From the NCBI GenBank assembly GCA_002269645.1, contig NIVC01001593.1, forward strand, positions 177,960-241,959: a DNA stretch of 64,000 nucleotides, given 5' to 3'. The notes beneath the pieces were generated by a model. That model was not told where the DNA came from. It ran no database searches and saw only the letters and a list, made by a program, of their open reading frames with translations. Each line of letters opens with the position of its first letter. Positions within the stretch are counted from its first letter, which is position 1. The DNA comes from Macrostomum lignano (Eukaryota). Of this stretch, positions 12,951 through 25,946 are shown piece after piece. The position numbers were made by a program, and so were the translations under genes.

Positions 12951-13404
12951 GACAGTCCTGGTATATTTTAATCAAATCGGACAGGCCTAACGAGCCGTGC
13001 TGAATGCGACTCGAACTCTGTAGCCTCTTCTTCCCTGCATGTCCCCTTTGTCAATACCTGAAAGATCATGGGCAACAGTTGGAAATTCATTTCAGGTCCT
13101 TCAGGACAGCAACGATGACAGCGCCCGGCCTTCCGTCATAGTCAATCAGTCCTTTTCTTGCAAAATTCTTCTATTTCTCCTATTACAAAGCATTGTCCTG
13201 CAGAATATCAATTTTTACTAATAGATTAAGCTGCATCCGTAACTGACCGGCAGTTATCCTGAACTTATCCCCCGTTCTCTCACCTCCATAAACAGCAAGT
13301 CAATATTAGATTTGTTCAATATCAACAGCCAGCCTCCAACCTGTTCACGGGCCTTGGCCCGTTGTATTAAATCGATATATGCATATAACTGTGGCCATAA
13401 GCAG

Positions 13405-13485
13405 ATTATAAACAGATGCTAAACAAATTATAAACAGATGCTAAACAAATTATAAACAGATGCTAAAAAGTTCATAAACAGATGC
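13405..13485. repeat. 22-bp minisatellite (TATAAACAGATGCTAAACAAAT), about 3.5 copies
   Basis: Seen directly. Confidence 0.85.
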
Positions 13486-13924
13486 TTAACAAACATTGCT
13501 AGACGCAAAACAGATGCTAGGAAAGAAAACCGAAACTTTCTTCGATTTCTTCGGCCAAGTTTCCCACGCGCGGGTGAATTACAGCCACAAAAAACGCGCG
13601 ATTATTATCAAAAGCCGGTCTGCATAGCAACTGGAACCCTCGCCCCCCCTCCCCCGATTCTTTTATCTCCACTGATTCGGCGCGCGGCGAAGTATTAAAT
13701 AAATAATATCTATACAGGCACAGTAATTCGATGCTCAGAAACGCTGCACCAGCACAGATAATCCTCGGCTCCCATCTGCATTTTATCTTCCTCAATCAGG
13801 ATCGGTGCGGGTTTCCGAATTCGCATTTATTTCCCGGATTCTTTTACAAAACTGGACGAATTCTCGTGCTCATGGACTTCGATACAAGTTTGGGCGCGTG
13901 AAATGGAAAACCGGAATATAATCC

Positions 13925-15704
13925 TCTCCCTCTCTTGTCTCCCTCAATTCTCTCTCTCTCTTGTCTCCCTCAATTCTCTCTCCTCTCTCTTGTCTCCCTC
14001 AATTCTCTCTCCTCTCTCTTGTCTCCCTCAATTCTCTCTCCTCTCTCTTGTCTCCCTCAATTCTCTCTCCTCTCTCTTGTCTCCCTCAATTCTCTCTCTT
14101 CTCTCTTGTCTCCCTCAATTCTCTCTCTTCTCTCTTGTCTCCCTCAATTCTCTCTCTTCTCTCTTGTCTCCCTCAATTCTCTCTCTTCTCTCTTGTCTCC
14201 CTCAATTCTCTCTCTTCTCTCTTGTCTTCCTCAATTCTCTCTCTTCTCTCTTGTCTCCCTCAATTCTCTCTCTTCTCTCTTGTCTCCCTCAATTCTCTCT
14301 CTTCTCTCTTGTCTCCCTCAATTCTCTCTCTTCTCTCTTGTCTTCCTCAATTCTCTCTCTTCTCTCTTGTCTCCCTCAATTCTCTCTCCTCTCTCTTGTC
14401 TCCCTCAATTCTCTCTCTTCTCTCTTGTCTCCCTCAATTCTCTCTCCTCTCTCTTGTCTCCCTCAATTCTCTCTCCTCTCTCTTGTCTCCCTCAATTCTC
14501 TCTCTTCTCTCTTGTCTCCCTCAATTCTCTCTCTTCTCTCTTGTCTCCCTCAATTCTCTCTCTTCTCTCTTGTCTCCCTCAATTCTCTCTCTTCTCTCTT
14601 GTCTCCCTCAATTCTCTCTCTTCTCTCTTGTCTTCCTCAATTCTCTCTCTTCTCTCTTGTCTCCCTCAATTCTCTCTCCTCTCTCTTGTCTCCCTCAATT
14701 CTCTCTCTTCTCTCTTGTCTCCCTCAATTCTCTCTCCTCTCTCTTGTCTCCCTCAATTCTCTCTCCTCTCTCTTGTCTCCCTCAATTCTCTCTCTTCTCT
14801 CTTGTCTCCCTCAATTCTCTCTCCTCTCTCTTGTCTCCCTCAATTCTCTCTCCTCTCTCTTGTCTCCCTCAATTCTCTCTCCTCTCTCTTGTCTCCCTCA
14901 ATTCTCTCTCCTCTCTCTTGTCTCCCTCAATTCTCTCTCTCTCTCTTGTCTCCCTCAATTCTCTCTCCTCTCTCTTGTCTCCCTCAATTCTCTCTCTTCT
15001 CTCTTGTCTCCCTCAATTCTCTCTCCTCTCTCTTGTCTCCCTCAATTCTCTCTCCTCTCTCTTGTCTCCCTCAATTCTCTCTCTTCTCTCTTGTCTCCCT
15101 CAATTCTCTCTCCTCTCTCTTGTCTCCCTCAATTCTCTCTCCTCTCTCTTGTCTCCCTCAATTCTCTCTCCTCTCTCTTGTCTCCCTCAATTCTCTCTCC
15201 TCTCTCTTGTCTCCCTCAATTCTCTCTCCTCTCTCTTGTCTCCCTCAATTCTCTCTCCTCTCTCTTGTCTCCCTCAATTCTCTCTCCTCTCTCTTGTCTC
15301 CCTCAATTCTCTCTCCTCTCTCTTGTCTCCCTCAATTCTCTCTCCTCTCTCTTGTCTCCCTCAATTCTCTCTCCTCTCTCTTGTCTCCCTCAATTCTCTC
15401 TCCTCTCTCTTGTCTCCCTCAATTCTCTCTCTTCTCTCTTGTCTCCCTCAATTCTCTCTCTTCTCTCTTGTCTCCCTCAATTCTCTCTCCTCTCTCTTGT
15501 CTCCCTCAATTCTCTCTCTTCTCTCTTGTCTCCCTCAATTCTCTCTCTTCTCTCTTGTCTCCCTCAATTCTCTCTCTCCTCTCTCTTGTCTCCCTCAATT
15601 CTCTCTCTCCTCTCTCTTTCTCTCTCCCTCTCTTGTCTCTCTCAATTCTCTCTCTTCTCTCTCTCTCTCTCTCTCTCTCCCTCTCTTGTCTCTCTCAATT
15701 CTCT

Positions 15705-15775
<71 letters not shown>

Positions 15776-15791
15776 TGTCTCCCTCAATTCT

Positions 15792-15889
<98 letters not shown>

Positions 15890-16018
15890 CTCCCTCAATT
15901 CTCTCTCTTCTCTCTTGTCTCCCTCAATTCTCTCTCTTCTCTCTTGTCTCCCTCAATTCTCTCTCTTCTCTCTTGTCTCCCTCAATTCTCTCTCTTCTCT
16001 CTTGTCTCCCTCAATTCT

Positions 16019-16080
<62 letters not shown>

Positions 16081-16093
16081 CTCCCTCAATTCT

Positions 16094-16155
<62 letters not shown>
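13925..16155. repeat. 29-bp polypyrimidine satellite (TGTCTCCCTCAATTCTCTCTCYTCTCTCT)n decaying into (CT)n
   Basis: TGTCTCCC recurs every 29 bp (13991, 14020, 14049, 14078, 14107, 14136). Confidence 0.96.
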
Positions 16156-16158
<3 letters not shown>

Positions 16159-17129
16159 CCTTTGCATCTTTTCCATTGTCCTCACTCTCTCGTGCTCATT
16201 GTTCTCACAGATTCTATTTGGAAAAAAATCGGTTATTTTTATCTCACATCGGTTATTTTATTAATCGCTTTGTTTTCTCGACATTATAAATGCTGCTGTA
16301 ACTCGTTTACCACTTCTGGTCATTCATTAAGCCCTCCACCGAGGGTCAGGCTTACAGACCCAATTAAGCAATTTTACAGTCCAGCGGACCGGACAAGCGA
16401 GGCCACTGTCACAGACCCCATCAGGACAGCATTTGGCCACAGCTAAGCTAATAAAACTGCCCTGTCGCCGAATAATAAAAAATCACTTTTTAGCAGCCAA
16501 GCCAAGCCGCTTGAGCAGTAATTATAAAATCCACTTTGCCTGAGTAGGCCCTCCTGCACACAACCGCGATTGCAATAAAATCTACAATTTATGCCGTCGT
16601 TTGTCTCCGAGCCTTCCACAGTTCAGATTGTCGTTCGCCTCTCTGCTTCCACTATTATCCGGCTGCAGGATTTTCCTGGGATAACTCCGCGCGCAAGTAT
16701 ATCCCGGACAGTCCTGTTTTACAACAAATTGATTGCCCCACAGTCCTCTGGGATTCGGCCAGCGAGGTGCAGCATTGATCTCTCTGTGCGCGTGGATTCT
16801 AGGCCGGGATTGGGGAAGGGATCTCAGTGGTTGGGGTTGGACCTGGGGGGGGGGAGGCAGCAGTCCTCTTCCCCGATACCCACGAAATCCCTATGCTGGT
16901 TGGGGAGAGCTGCTGCTGGATTAGTCAAACTGCCGAGCTGCTCAAGCAGCAGTTTGCCAGACATTGCCGAGCTGGCAGCGGCGAATTCAGCTCGTCTGAC
17001 GCTGAACCGGCGGTCGCTGCTAGCAGCTTCTCTTGCCACTGCTCACGGCCTGTCTCCTAATAGCCTCTTTCCTTCTTCTCCATCTGTTTCTTTAGTCTAC
17101 TCCACTGCCTATCATGTCCGTCAATTATC

Positions 17130-18190
17130 TCCTACCTCTCCTTCACCTCTCCCTCACCTCTCCCTCACCTCTCCCTCACCTCTCCTTCACCTCTCCCTCA
17201 TCTCTCCCTCACCTCTCCCTCACCTCTCCTTCACCTCTCCCTCATCTCTCCCGCTCCTCTCCCTCATCTCTCCCTCACCTCTCCTTCACCTCTCCCTCAT
17301 CTCTCCCTCACCTCTCCCTCACCTCTCCTTCACCTCTCCCTCATCTCTCCCTCACCTCTCCCTCACCTCTCCTTCACCTCTCCCTCATCTCTCCCTCACC
17401 TCTCCCTCACCTCTCCCTCACCTCTCCCTCACCTCTCCTTCACCTCTCCCTCATCTCTCCCTCACCTCTCCCGCTCCTCTCCCTCATCTCTCCCTCACCT
17501 TTCCCTTATCTGTCCCTCACCTTTCCCTTATCTGTCCCTCACCTTTCCCTAATCTCTCCCTCACCCCTCCCTCATCCCTCCCTCACCTTTCCCTCATCTC
17601 TCCCGCTCCTCTCCCTCACCTCTCCCTCACCTCTCCCGCTCCTCTCCCTCACCTTTCCCTTATCTGTCCCTCACCTTTCCCTAATCTCTCCCTCACCCCT
17701 CCCTCATCCCTCCCTCACCTTTCCCTCATCTCTCCCGCTCCTCTCCCTCACCTCTCCCTCACCTCTCCCTCATCTCTCCCGCTCCTCTCCCTCACCTCTC
17801 CCGCTCCTCTCCCTCACCTCTCCCGCTCCTCTCCCTCACCTCTCCGCTCCTCTCCCTCATCTCTCCCTCACCTCTCCCGCTCCTCTCCCTCATCTCTCCC
17901 TCACCTCTCCCGCTCCTCTCCCTCACCTCTCCCGCTCCTCTCCCTCACCTCTCCCTCACCTCTCCCGCTCCTCTCCCTCATCTCTCCCTCACCTCTCCCG
18001 CTCCTCTCCCTCACCTCTCCCGCTCCTCTCCCTCATCTCTCCCTCACCTTTCCCTCATCTCTCCCGCTCCTCTCCCTCACCTCTCCCTCACCTCTCTCGC
18101 TCCTCTCCCTTTCCTCTCCCTCATCTCTCCCTCACCTCTCCTGCTCCTCTCCCTCATCTCTCCCTCACCTTTCCCCCATCTCACCCTCAT
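17130..18190. repeat. 11-bp polypyrimidine minisatellite (CCTCTCCCTCA / CCTCTCCCGCT)n
   Basis: Seen directly; the same array recurs at 20562-20960. Confidence 0.95.
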
Positions 18191-20508
18191 TTCTGCCTCG
18201 TTACTTCTTTTATTAATTACTAAAAAATAAGGCAACCCTCAGTAAATTAAAAAGGCAGGCATTGAAACACATAAAAAGCAGAGGCGATTTCTAAGGCCCG
18301 TTCAGATCCGCCCCATTAGTGCAAGTCATTTGGGAATTGGCTGCTTCAGTATGAAACAAACGGATTAAATCGTTGCTTTCACTTTCTGTCGTCCCCTCTA
18401 CTCTCCCCCGGCGAATGGGTTCGTTGCTTTGATTTATTATTCCTAGTATTTTTTTGGGTATTGCTCGCGACAGCAGCCTTTAAACGCATAGTTAATTAGC
18501 TACCTAACAATTCCACTCCATGCTTTCGTCAAAAAACCTCATTGGTTTTTATAGCTGACTTTGAATTTTTTAGTTCTTAGAATTTAAATAACTGCATTTT
18601 GAGAGAAAGCCTAGCAGTCCACAAATCCCCCCACCCCAGCAAGCAAAATAAACTGAAGGGTCAGTTACCGATATGTAGCGTAAAAACGAAAAAAACAGAC
18701 AGCTTCGAGTCCAATGCTAAGCTCCCGAATCGCTCAGTTTCTTCCTCAGGTTTTATTTCTGCTAATAAGCTATCGATTGATTTTTATAGAGAGCCAGCAC
18801 TGCATCAGCCAGCCGGACTCGGCTCTTCTAGCTAGATAATTGACGACGCTAAAATAGGCGAGGCCTCCATAGAGACAGCCAGAGAGACCAGACAAAAAAC
18901 TATATAAGCACGAACACAAAAAAGTTGATTTTGATTCATACCAAAAATGAGGATACTGCAACCATGGCAACAGTGAGTTACAACAATGAATTACTGAAAT
19001 ATAGTATCTAGAGATGGGGAACCGCCTGTCCTCAACAGCAACAGCTCACAGCGGGAGAATAAATGTACATCTACTGTCTTTTCACTGACCCAATGTCCCG
19101 GTGGACTTCTTTTCTATCAACAGATTGAAGGACCTTCAAGATCTATCAGCAAAAACTGGAAAATGTTTCCAGTGTCCGGCATGCTCGGACGAGAGAAACT
19201 CCTCCTTTGAGGCCCTTGCCGACCCTTCACCATGGATCTCAAAGTCCCAATCCTCTGCTCAACCAGTCAAGAGTCGCCAAGAGTGAATCGGATTTCCCGT
19301 CAGCTGTCAGCATTCGGCAGCTTCTGATGCGGTCGCGGCCCGGCGGCCACAGCCGGCAGCAGGACGTCCGCCTCCGAGCGGCTGGCCGCTCCATCGCACC
19401 TCCTGACGGCGGAGGCTCCGCCAACGCCGCGGCTCTGCCTGGTGCAAATTTCGTAGCAGTGGATGAAAAAGTCGATTAGCTCTACCACGGAGATCATTGT
19501 CAGGCCGACGAATATAGAGAACAAGCCGCCAATCTGGCTCAGGAAGGAGGTCAGAGACAGGACCTCTTTTTCCTCAACCTTGTGCAGATCGAAGTTCGGC
19601 CGGATCAGCTGGATAGACAGCAGGTTCCGTTCCAGCAGGTTCTCGTGCTTCAGCATCTCGTAGGCCTCCTGGATGCTGCCGTTGTTATTCAGCTTTTCTA
19701 TAGCCTTCCTGTAGGCCTTCATCTCCTTCCTGTTCAGCAGGCGGCTGTAGACCCGGCTGTGAGCAGGCGCAGCTGGAACGACCTGGTCGGCCAGTCGGAT
19801 GTCGACCGCTCGGTCTGGTAGCTCTAAAACGAGCCAGGGCAGCGTGCAGCTCTCCACCACGTCCTTGGAGTACTTGGAAATGACGTCATTCTTGCAGCGG
19901 ATATAGCCGTAGACTTTCTGCAGGGTGGCACTGCAGTCGGCCAGCCGTTTCGATCGTTCTCGGCCGTGGCCCAGTTGCAGCCGTCGCTGCCGCAGAAACT
20001 CCTCCAGGCCGGGTGCAGTAGGTGAAATTCGATTCGCGCACCAGCGGATACTCGATGGCCTGGCAGCCGCAGTATTGAGAATGTCCCGCTGGATTGTGGC
20101 CTGTCGGCAGCGTCCTCGCTGTATTTGTACTCCCGACCGAATAGGTTAAGATTCCTCTGCGTGTCCTGCGAGCACCGGCCGTAGGGCGCCTGCTTCTGAA
20201 CGTTTCAACACGTGTTTGAGCTTCACCTCGGTCAGGGAGCCGGCTTTCAGTGGATGGCCTCGTGATTCACGTCCGGGTAGGTGTCGCCCGAGTGGATGGT
20301 GAGCACGGCTCCAGACAGCTGCGTCGATGTCCATGAACAGTCTACGCAGTTGAAATTGTCGAGGTTCCATTCGTTGTCTAGGTAGACGGCCATCTCTACC
20401 ATGGTGGTGTTGTCCCTCAACTCCTCGTGCAAGTCCAAGTGTAGCAATTCATGTAGTTGCCGTGCAGGAAGGCGTGAAAGTTACCGGCGAACATGTCGGA
20501 GCCTTTGC
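18190..20508. repeat. Copy 1 of a ~2.78-kb tandem duplication (copy 2 at ~20970-23286), holding the 3' part of the DEG/ENaC gene with many 1-nt indels
   Basis: Near-identical at an offset of 2774-2779 and ends at the N gap. Indels cluster toward the gap. Confidence 0.93.
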
Positions 20509-20561
20509 NNNNNNNNNNNNNNNNNNNNNNNNNNNNNNNNNNNNNNNNNNNNNNNNNNNNN
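20509..20561. other. Assembly gap (53 N)
   Basis: Seen directly. Confidence 1.
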
Positions 20562-20960
20562 GCTCCTCTCCCTCACCTCTCCCGCTCCTCTCCCTCACCT
20601 CTCCCGCCTCCTCTCCCTCACCTCTCCCGCTCCTCTCCCTCATCTCTCCCTCACTCTCCGCTCCTCTCCCTCATCTCTCCCTCACCTCTCCCGCTCCTCT
20701 CCCTCACCTCTCCCGCTCCTCTCCCTCACCTCTCCCTCACCCTCCCGCTCCTCTCCCTCATCTCTCCCTCACCTCTCCCGCTCCTCTCCCTCACCTCTCC
20801 CGCTCCTCTCCCTCATCTCTCCCTCACCTTTCCCTCATCTCTCCCGCTCCTCTCCCTCACCTCTCCCTCACCTCTCCGCTCCTCTCCCTTTCCTCTCCCT
20901 CATCTCTCCCTCACCTCTCCTGCTCCTCTCCCTCATCTCTCCCTCACCTTTCCCCCATCT
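20562..20960. repeat. 11-bp polypyrimidine minisatellite, second copy
   Basis: Same units as 17130-18190. Confidence 0.93.
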
Positions 20961-22071
20961 CACCCTCATTTCTGCCTCGTTACTTCTTTTATTAATTACT
21001 AAAAAATAAGGCAACCCTCAGTAAATTAAAAAGGCAGGCATTGAAACACATAAAAAGCAGAGGCGATTTCTAAGGCCCGTTCAGATCCGCCCCATTAGTG
21101 CAAGTCATTTGGGAATTGGCTGCTTCAGTATGAAACAAACGGATTAAATCGTTGCTTTCTTTCTGTCGTCCCCTCTACTCTCCCCCGGCGAATGGGTTCG
21201 TTGCTTTGATTTATTATTCCTAGTATTTTTTTGGGTATTGCTCGCGACAGCAGCCTTTAAACGCATAGTTAATTAGCTACCTAACAATTCCACTCCATGC
21301 TTTCGTTAAAAACCTCATTGGTTTTTATAGCTGACTTTGAATTTTAGTTATTAGAATTTAAATAACTGCATTTTGAGAGAAAGCCTAGCAGTCCACAAAT
21401 CCCCCCACCCCAGCAAGCAAAATAAACTGAAGGGTCAGTTACCGATATGTAGCGTAAAAACGAAAAAAACAGACAGCTTCGAGTCCAATGCTAAGCTCCC
21501 GAATCGCTCAGTTTCTTCCTCAGGTTTTATTTCTGCTAATAAGCTATCGATTGATTTTTATAGAGAGCCAGCACTGCATCAGCCAGCCGGACTCGGCTCT
21601 TCTAGCTAGATAATTGACGACGCTAAAATAGGCGAGGCCTCCATAGAGACAGCCAGAGAGACCAGACAAAAAACTATATAAGCACGAACACAAAAAAGTT
21701 GATTTTGATTCATACCAAAAATGAGGATACTGCAACCATGGCAACAGTGAGTTACAACAATGAATTACTGAAATATAGTATCTAGAGATGGGGAACCGCC
21801 TGTCCTCAACAGCAACAGCTCACAGCGGGAGAATAAATGTACATCTACTGTCTTTTCACTGACCCAATGTCCCGGTGGACTTCTTTTCTATCAACAGATT
21901 GAAGGACCTTCGATCTATCAGCAAAAACTGGAAAATGTTTCCAGTGTCCGGCATGCTCGGACGAGAGAAACTCCTCCTTTGAGGCCCTTGCCGACCCTTC
22001 ACCATGGATCTCAAAGTCCCAATCCTCTGCTCAACCAGTCAAGAGTCGCCAAGAGTGAATCGGATTTCCCG

Positions 22072-24070
22072 TCAGCTGTCAGCATTCGGCAGCTTCTGAT
22101 GCGGTCGCGGCCCGGCGGCCACAGCCGGCAGCAGGACGTCCGCCTCCGAGCGGCTGGCCGCTCCATCGCACCTCCTGACGGCGGAGGCTCCGCCAACGCC
22201 GCGGCTCTGCCTGGTGCAAATTTCGTAGCAGTGGATGAAAAAGTCGATTAGCTCTACCACGGAGATCATTGTCAGGCCGACGAATATAGAGAACAAGCGC
22301 CAATCTGGCTCAGGAAGGAGGTCAGAGACAGGACCTCTTTTTCCTCAACCTTGTGCAGATCGAAGTTCGGCCGGATCAGCTGGATAGACAGCAGGTTCCG
22401 TTCCAGCAGGTTCTCGTGCTTCAGCATCTCGTAGGCCTCCTGGATGCTGCCGTTGTTATTCAGCTTTTCTATAGCCTTCCTGTAGGCCTTCATCTCCTTC
22501 CTGTTCAGCAGGCGGCTGTAGACCCGGCTGTTGAGCAGGCGCAGCTGGAACGACCTGGTCGGCCAGTCGGATGTCGACCGCTCGGTCTGGTAGCTGTAAA
22601 CGAGCAGGGCAGCGTGCAGCTCTCCACCACGTCCTTGGAGTACTTGGAAATGACGTCATTCTTGCAGCGGATATAGCCGTAGACTTTCTGCAGGGTGGCA
22701 CTGCAGTCGGCCAGCCGTTTCTGATCGTTCTCGGCCGTGGCCCAGTTGCAGCCGTCGCTGCGCAGAAACTCCTCCAGGCCGGTGCAGTAGGTGAAATTCG
22801 ATTCGCGCACCAGCGGATACTCGATGGCCTGGCAGCCGCAGGTATTGAGAATGTCCCGCTGGATTGTGGCCTGTCGGCAGGCGTCCTCGCTGTATTTGTA
22901 CTCCCGACCGAATAGGTTAAGATTCCTCTGCGTGTCCTGCGAGCACCGGCCGTAGGGCGCCTGCTTCTGAACGTTCAACACGTGTTTGAGCTTCACCTCG
23001 GTCAGGGAGCCGGCTTTCAGGTGGATGGCCTCGTGATTCACGTCCGGGTAGGTGTCGCCCGAGTGGATGGTGAGCACGGCTCCAGACAGCTGCGTGCTGA
23101 TGTCCATGGTGTAACAGTCTACGCAGTTGAAATTGTCGAGGTTCCATTCGTTGTCTAGGTAGACGGCCATCTCTACCATGGTGGTGTTGTCCCTCAACTC
23201 CTCGTGCAAGTCCAAGGTGTAGCAATTCATGTAGTTGCCGTGCAGGAAGGCGTGAAAGTTACCGGCGAACATGTCGGAGCCTTTGCCGCCCCAGACGTAC
23301 TCGGGACTGCAGAATTTCAGGTTGCGGGCGCTGCCGTTCCGGATGACCGCCCGACAGTCGAGAATAAAATCCTGGAGAGTGTGCCCGATGTCGCGGCTGG
23401 CGCTTCTTGGCAGGCTCTCCAGGTAGGCTGGGAAACCCATCGAGCCGGAGAAGTTGTAGTAAACGTACTTCGTTGACTCGTTATAGAAGTACAGGTTCCT
23501 GGCGAACAGTTCCAACGATTCGGAGAAGTCGCGCGGATATTTCCAGCCCTGCTGGCGCAGCTGCTGCCGGCCCTCAGAGGACAGCGGTCGCATATTGCAG
23601 AGCGTTACGGAGGGAAACGGCGAGCTGTAGTCCTTCAACACCCTGGGCGGGTGCATCACGTCGTACTCGATGAACTGCAGCGTCAAGAAGGACAGACAGA
23701 GGATGCAAGCGACGAACAGGGCTACCACGAAGAAGATCCAGAGCAACCGGATGCGCCGGCTCTCCGATTTGATGATGCGCGGAATTCCTCGGATAGTGGT
23801 GTTCTCGCAGAAGCAGATGAACTGGCGGTGCAGGGCGCTGCGGACTGGGGCCAAGTCCGACTGCCCGGCAGTCGCCGCTCCAAAAGAAGCTACAGCAGAG
23901 GCTTCCGCGTCGGCATCCGTGGGGTCAGCGTCGGCCTCGACGGCCCGATTATTGGTCTGGACGGTGTACTTGTGCAGCGGAGAGTTACGGCGCTGTTCAT
24001 TGCCGCACTGTCGGGCGCTGCAATTGCGACAGCGAGTTCCGCGTCCTGTCGACTTCTGCGTTTCATTCAA
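22072..24070 (-). CDS. Intronless DEG/ENaC (amiloride-sensitive sodium channel / ASIC-like) family protein, ~666 aa after correcting two 1-nt gaps
   Basis: FCENTTIRGIPRI, TM1 LLWIFFVVALFVACILCLSFL, FPSVTLCNMRP, MNCYTL, GAVLTIH, a Cys-rich thumb, and TM2 FLSQIGGLFSIFVGLTMISVVELIDFF. The two missing bases (near 22298 and 22598) are present in duplicate copy 1. Confidence 0.92.
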
Positions 24071-25946
24071 CAGAGGCCGGCAGCTCTTCGGTTCTGCTGA
24101 TTCTCTGTATGGCGCGATCGCGAAGGAAATGGATTAGAAGTCCGCGAGAGGGAATGCTGGCGTCGGGTGGGCAGTGGGGATATTTTAAAAACGGGAAGAG
24201 AGGTAGCAAGACTATACGCGGATAGTTTGGAAGCCTAGCCCTAGACGGCCAATGGCAGGCGAAACAGCGGCTTGATTGGCTCTCGGTGACGGTTTGATGC
24301 CTGTACGGTACTCAACTGAGCTGGTGTGTCACGGACAACTGGCTAAAGCTAATGGCAAAACTGCGCAGTGAAGTGGAAGCAGCAAGTTGTAAAATCATAT
24401 TGTGTTTTGAAAAAGTCTAATTCTACTTTTTTTGCTCACGCAGGCTCATTTAATGCAGAAATACATAACTATCAATAAAATAAATCAATTCAACTGGCTA
24501 AATGGTGACAAAAGGAGCATCCCTATTTTCTACTTCAATTACTTACTCGTAGCTACGGGAGAATACTGCATGGGCATTGTAGTGGTCTGCAGTGCTGATT
24601 GACATGCCTCTAAGGGCCTCGCCGTGGACGCATACAGTGGGAGTTTTTGTATCCAGTTGACGAAAGCCCGAAGTTTCTGCTGCAGCAGGAATGAGGATGG
24701 AAGCAAATGCCACAGATTATATAGCTGCAGGCACTGGCAGGGGCTGCACACGTTCGAGTTTTAGTCTGTCTGGAAAAACTGGCTGATATTTTTTCAGATT
24801 GATAAATTCAGAGCCTCTGGTTGGGAGACTGAGCCAGTAAAAAGTGGTCTGTTTGGCAGATGACACAGGGTGCAACGCGCATTTTGGACTTACCTTAGAG
24901 CGTTTTCTTACTTGCTAGGTTTGAGAGTTTGAGAGTTTAGTCAATCGGAGCAGAGTCCAGTCCTGTACAACATCATCTTTATACTTACTGGCACAGCCAA
25001 AGTCCTCTATAGTGGTCTTCAACCCTCTGGTAAAGCTGTGGAACAGTCCCAATTGCCTCACATAAAAGAACATCGGTGTTAAAGCAACCGTCATTCCCAG
25101 AAGTAATTGCTTTGTTGTTAATTAATCTCCGAGAGCTATGCATCAGAAAAATATTGCGATCGAAAATCCAGGACCAAACTCCCCATGGGATAGTTTATTC
25201 TACAAAGATGGCATTGTTATAAAAATCAATCTGATAGCCTTGCAATGCAGCCATCTGAATTATGAAATCGGGTGCAGCTCACAGAGCCCCTTCCGTCGGG
25301 AGGAAGCAAGGGACGGTCCGAGAATGGCCGGGATCGGGCGGCGGAACAAGAGAGCACGAACGCTGCTTTTTTATGCTTTTCATTCACCCGGCCGCCGCGG
25401 GTCCCATGTCGAATACGACAGCCAGCCCTACTCGAGTCTGCTTGAGATCATAAAATTGCGGTCCGGTCGGTGTAGGAAGAGGGAATGAGCCAGATCCGAG
25501 CCCGATGAGATTCATGAGGCAAGCAGATGAATGCTCAAGATACTGCAGTGCAGGCTGATGGCAATCTGCTCAACCATTCAAGCTCCACAATGAGCAGGTC
25601 CATCTCCCAGTCTTCCGCCCCAATGCAGTCCGTGAAGAATGTGCAAATTCAGGCAGCAAGGCGTGCATGATCAAGGGGGACAGGATGATATGCCAATCTT
25701 CTTGTCTTCACAATTCATGAATGCATGGCTTTCCTACCGAATATTGTTCATCCCAGTGTCGAATGACGAGAATATTGCAAGTGAATGCACGAGAAGGATG
25801 CTCACAAAGCCGCACAAGTCCGTGACTTTGCGAGCTTCATATATAGCCATGTGTGCATCTAATCATACTTGAACACCTGTTTTTATATCGGACGAGTACA
25901 CGTGTAGAATACTTACATGATTTCTACATACAAATTTACAGTAGTA

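Noticed and set aside
13903-18223. Long Leu/Ser/Pro-rich ORFs
   Set aside because: Artefacts of the 29-bp, 11-bp and (CT)n repeats.
19300-20508. Second DEG/ENaC paralog or pseudogene
   Set aside because: Ends at an N gap and differs mainly by 1-nt indels; best explained as an assembly overlap.
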